Shown here: positions 63,608 to 64,000 of the stretch, one piece after another | Layout: the number at the start of each line of letters is the position of its first letter | Numbering within the stretch: position 1 is the first letter of the stretch | Origin: Vicinamibacterales bacterium | GTDB lineage: Bacteria > Acidobacteriota > Vicinamibacteria > Vicinamibacterales > CAZQMT01 | Direction: 5' to 3' | NCBI GenBank assembly: GCA_965197935.1 | Contig: CBDAOD010000003.1 | Span: forward strand, 1,132,042-1,196,041 | Length of the DNA stretch: 64,000 nt | Notes under the pieces: model-generated | Told to the model about the DNA's origin: nothing | The model's input: the letters and a program-made list of their open reading frames with translations, nothing else | The model's database searches: none | Program-made: the position numbers and the translations under genes

Positions 63608-63861
63608 CTCGGACTCCCGGTCCCGGCGCCACCGCTCGCGTCGGTCTCCTCGACGACCACGAGATGGCGCACCTTGCGAATCATGCCGCGCATGGCCGGG
63701 TGATCGACGACGTCGACCGCGTGGCCGATCCGGCGGAGCCCCAGCCCACGCACCACCAGCGCCTGAGAGCGGTTGTACCCGATGGTGCTCTTGACCAACC
63801 GTACCCGGATCGTGCCAGGCGAGCCCTTCTTCGGTCCACGGCGCTTGGCTTCCGCTGTCAT
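63604..63861 (-). CDS. rpmD: 50S ribosomal protein L30
   Basis: ...[30 protein letters not shown]... Confidence 0.9.
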   Translation of the reverse strand: MTAEAKRRGPKKGSPGTIRVRLVKSTIGYNRSQALVVRGLGLRRIGHAVDVVDHPAMRGMIRKVRHLVVVEETDASGGAGTGSPR

Positions 63862-63920
63862 AATCGCTCCGCCCGGCGCTCGTCCCGCGGTGGGCCGGCG
63901 CCGGATGTCATCAGGGGTTG

Positions 63921-64000
63921 CTATGTCCCGATCAGCTGCTCGACGTCCTTGCCCCGTAGACTGGCCACCGCCACGGGGTCCTGCAGGCTCATCAGCCCGG
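63921..64000 (-). CDS. rpsE: 30S ribosomal protein S5, C-terminal end only (continues beyond the window)
   Basis: The minus-strand translation ends ...GLMSLQDPVAVASLRGKDVEQLIGT*. It sits in the canonical position upstream of rpmD. Confidence 0.8.
   Translation of the reverse strand, partial: GLMSLQDPVAVASLRGKDVEQLIGT

Overview
High-GC (roughly 65-70%) bacterial chromosomal window. The protein repertoire looks Acidobacteriota-like, which is an inference only. Layout: (1) 1-2.4 kb holds the 3' part of a TonB-dependent receptor with a clean terminator. (2) 2.4-12.9 kb is a decayed accessory stretch. It contains an IS21 element, an IS630 element split by an IS256 element, an IS200-type element inside a PQQ sugar dehydrogenase gene, and several gene remnants (MDR dehydrogenase, Ser/Thr kinase, AIM24, cupin). 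(3) 12.9-14.7 kb is an intact sulfite-dehydrogenase pair (Mo subunit plus cytochrome c). (4) 14.8-27.2 kb is a tightly packed seven-gene minus-strand cluster: a TolC-like protein with a binding-protein-like N-terminus, MFP, RND pump, an NDH-2/cNMP/CBS fusion, a small secreted protein, a short Omp85-type barrel and a signal-peptide-bearing kinase-like protein. Four of the seven are frame-disrupted. (5) 27.3-32.9 kb holds a small membrane protein, a lytic transglycosylase, an Hpt protein and a truncated hybrid histidine kinase. (6) 32.9-34.05 kb is a second IS630 copy. (7) 34.05-52.4 kb is a Myxococcus-like type IV pilus cluster: pilB-pilT-pilC-pilS-pilR, two tandem pilins, VKOR-DsbA fusion, ABC ATPase, ABC-2 permease, TPR protein, pilD and pilV/W/X-like minor pilins. 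Here pilB is knocked out by a second IS256 copy, which itself carries a 158-bp ORF-less derivative of the IS200 element. (8) 52.5-54.2 kb holds an OM barrel protein and pyruvoyl arginine decarboxylase. (9) 54.5-64 kb holds an EF-G paralogue and the conserved rpsE-rpmD-rplO-secY-adk-map-infA-rpmJ-rpsM-rpsK-rpsD-rpoA-rplQ operon. I saw no rRNA, tRNA or CRISPR array by eye. All calls come from reading the sequence and ORF translations; no database search was run. Many long ORFs in the supplied track are antisense high-GC artefacts.
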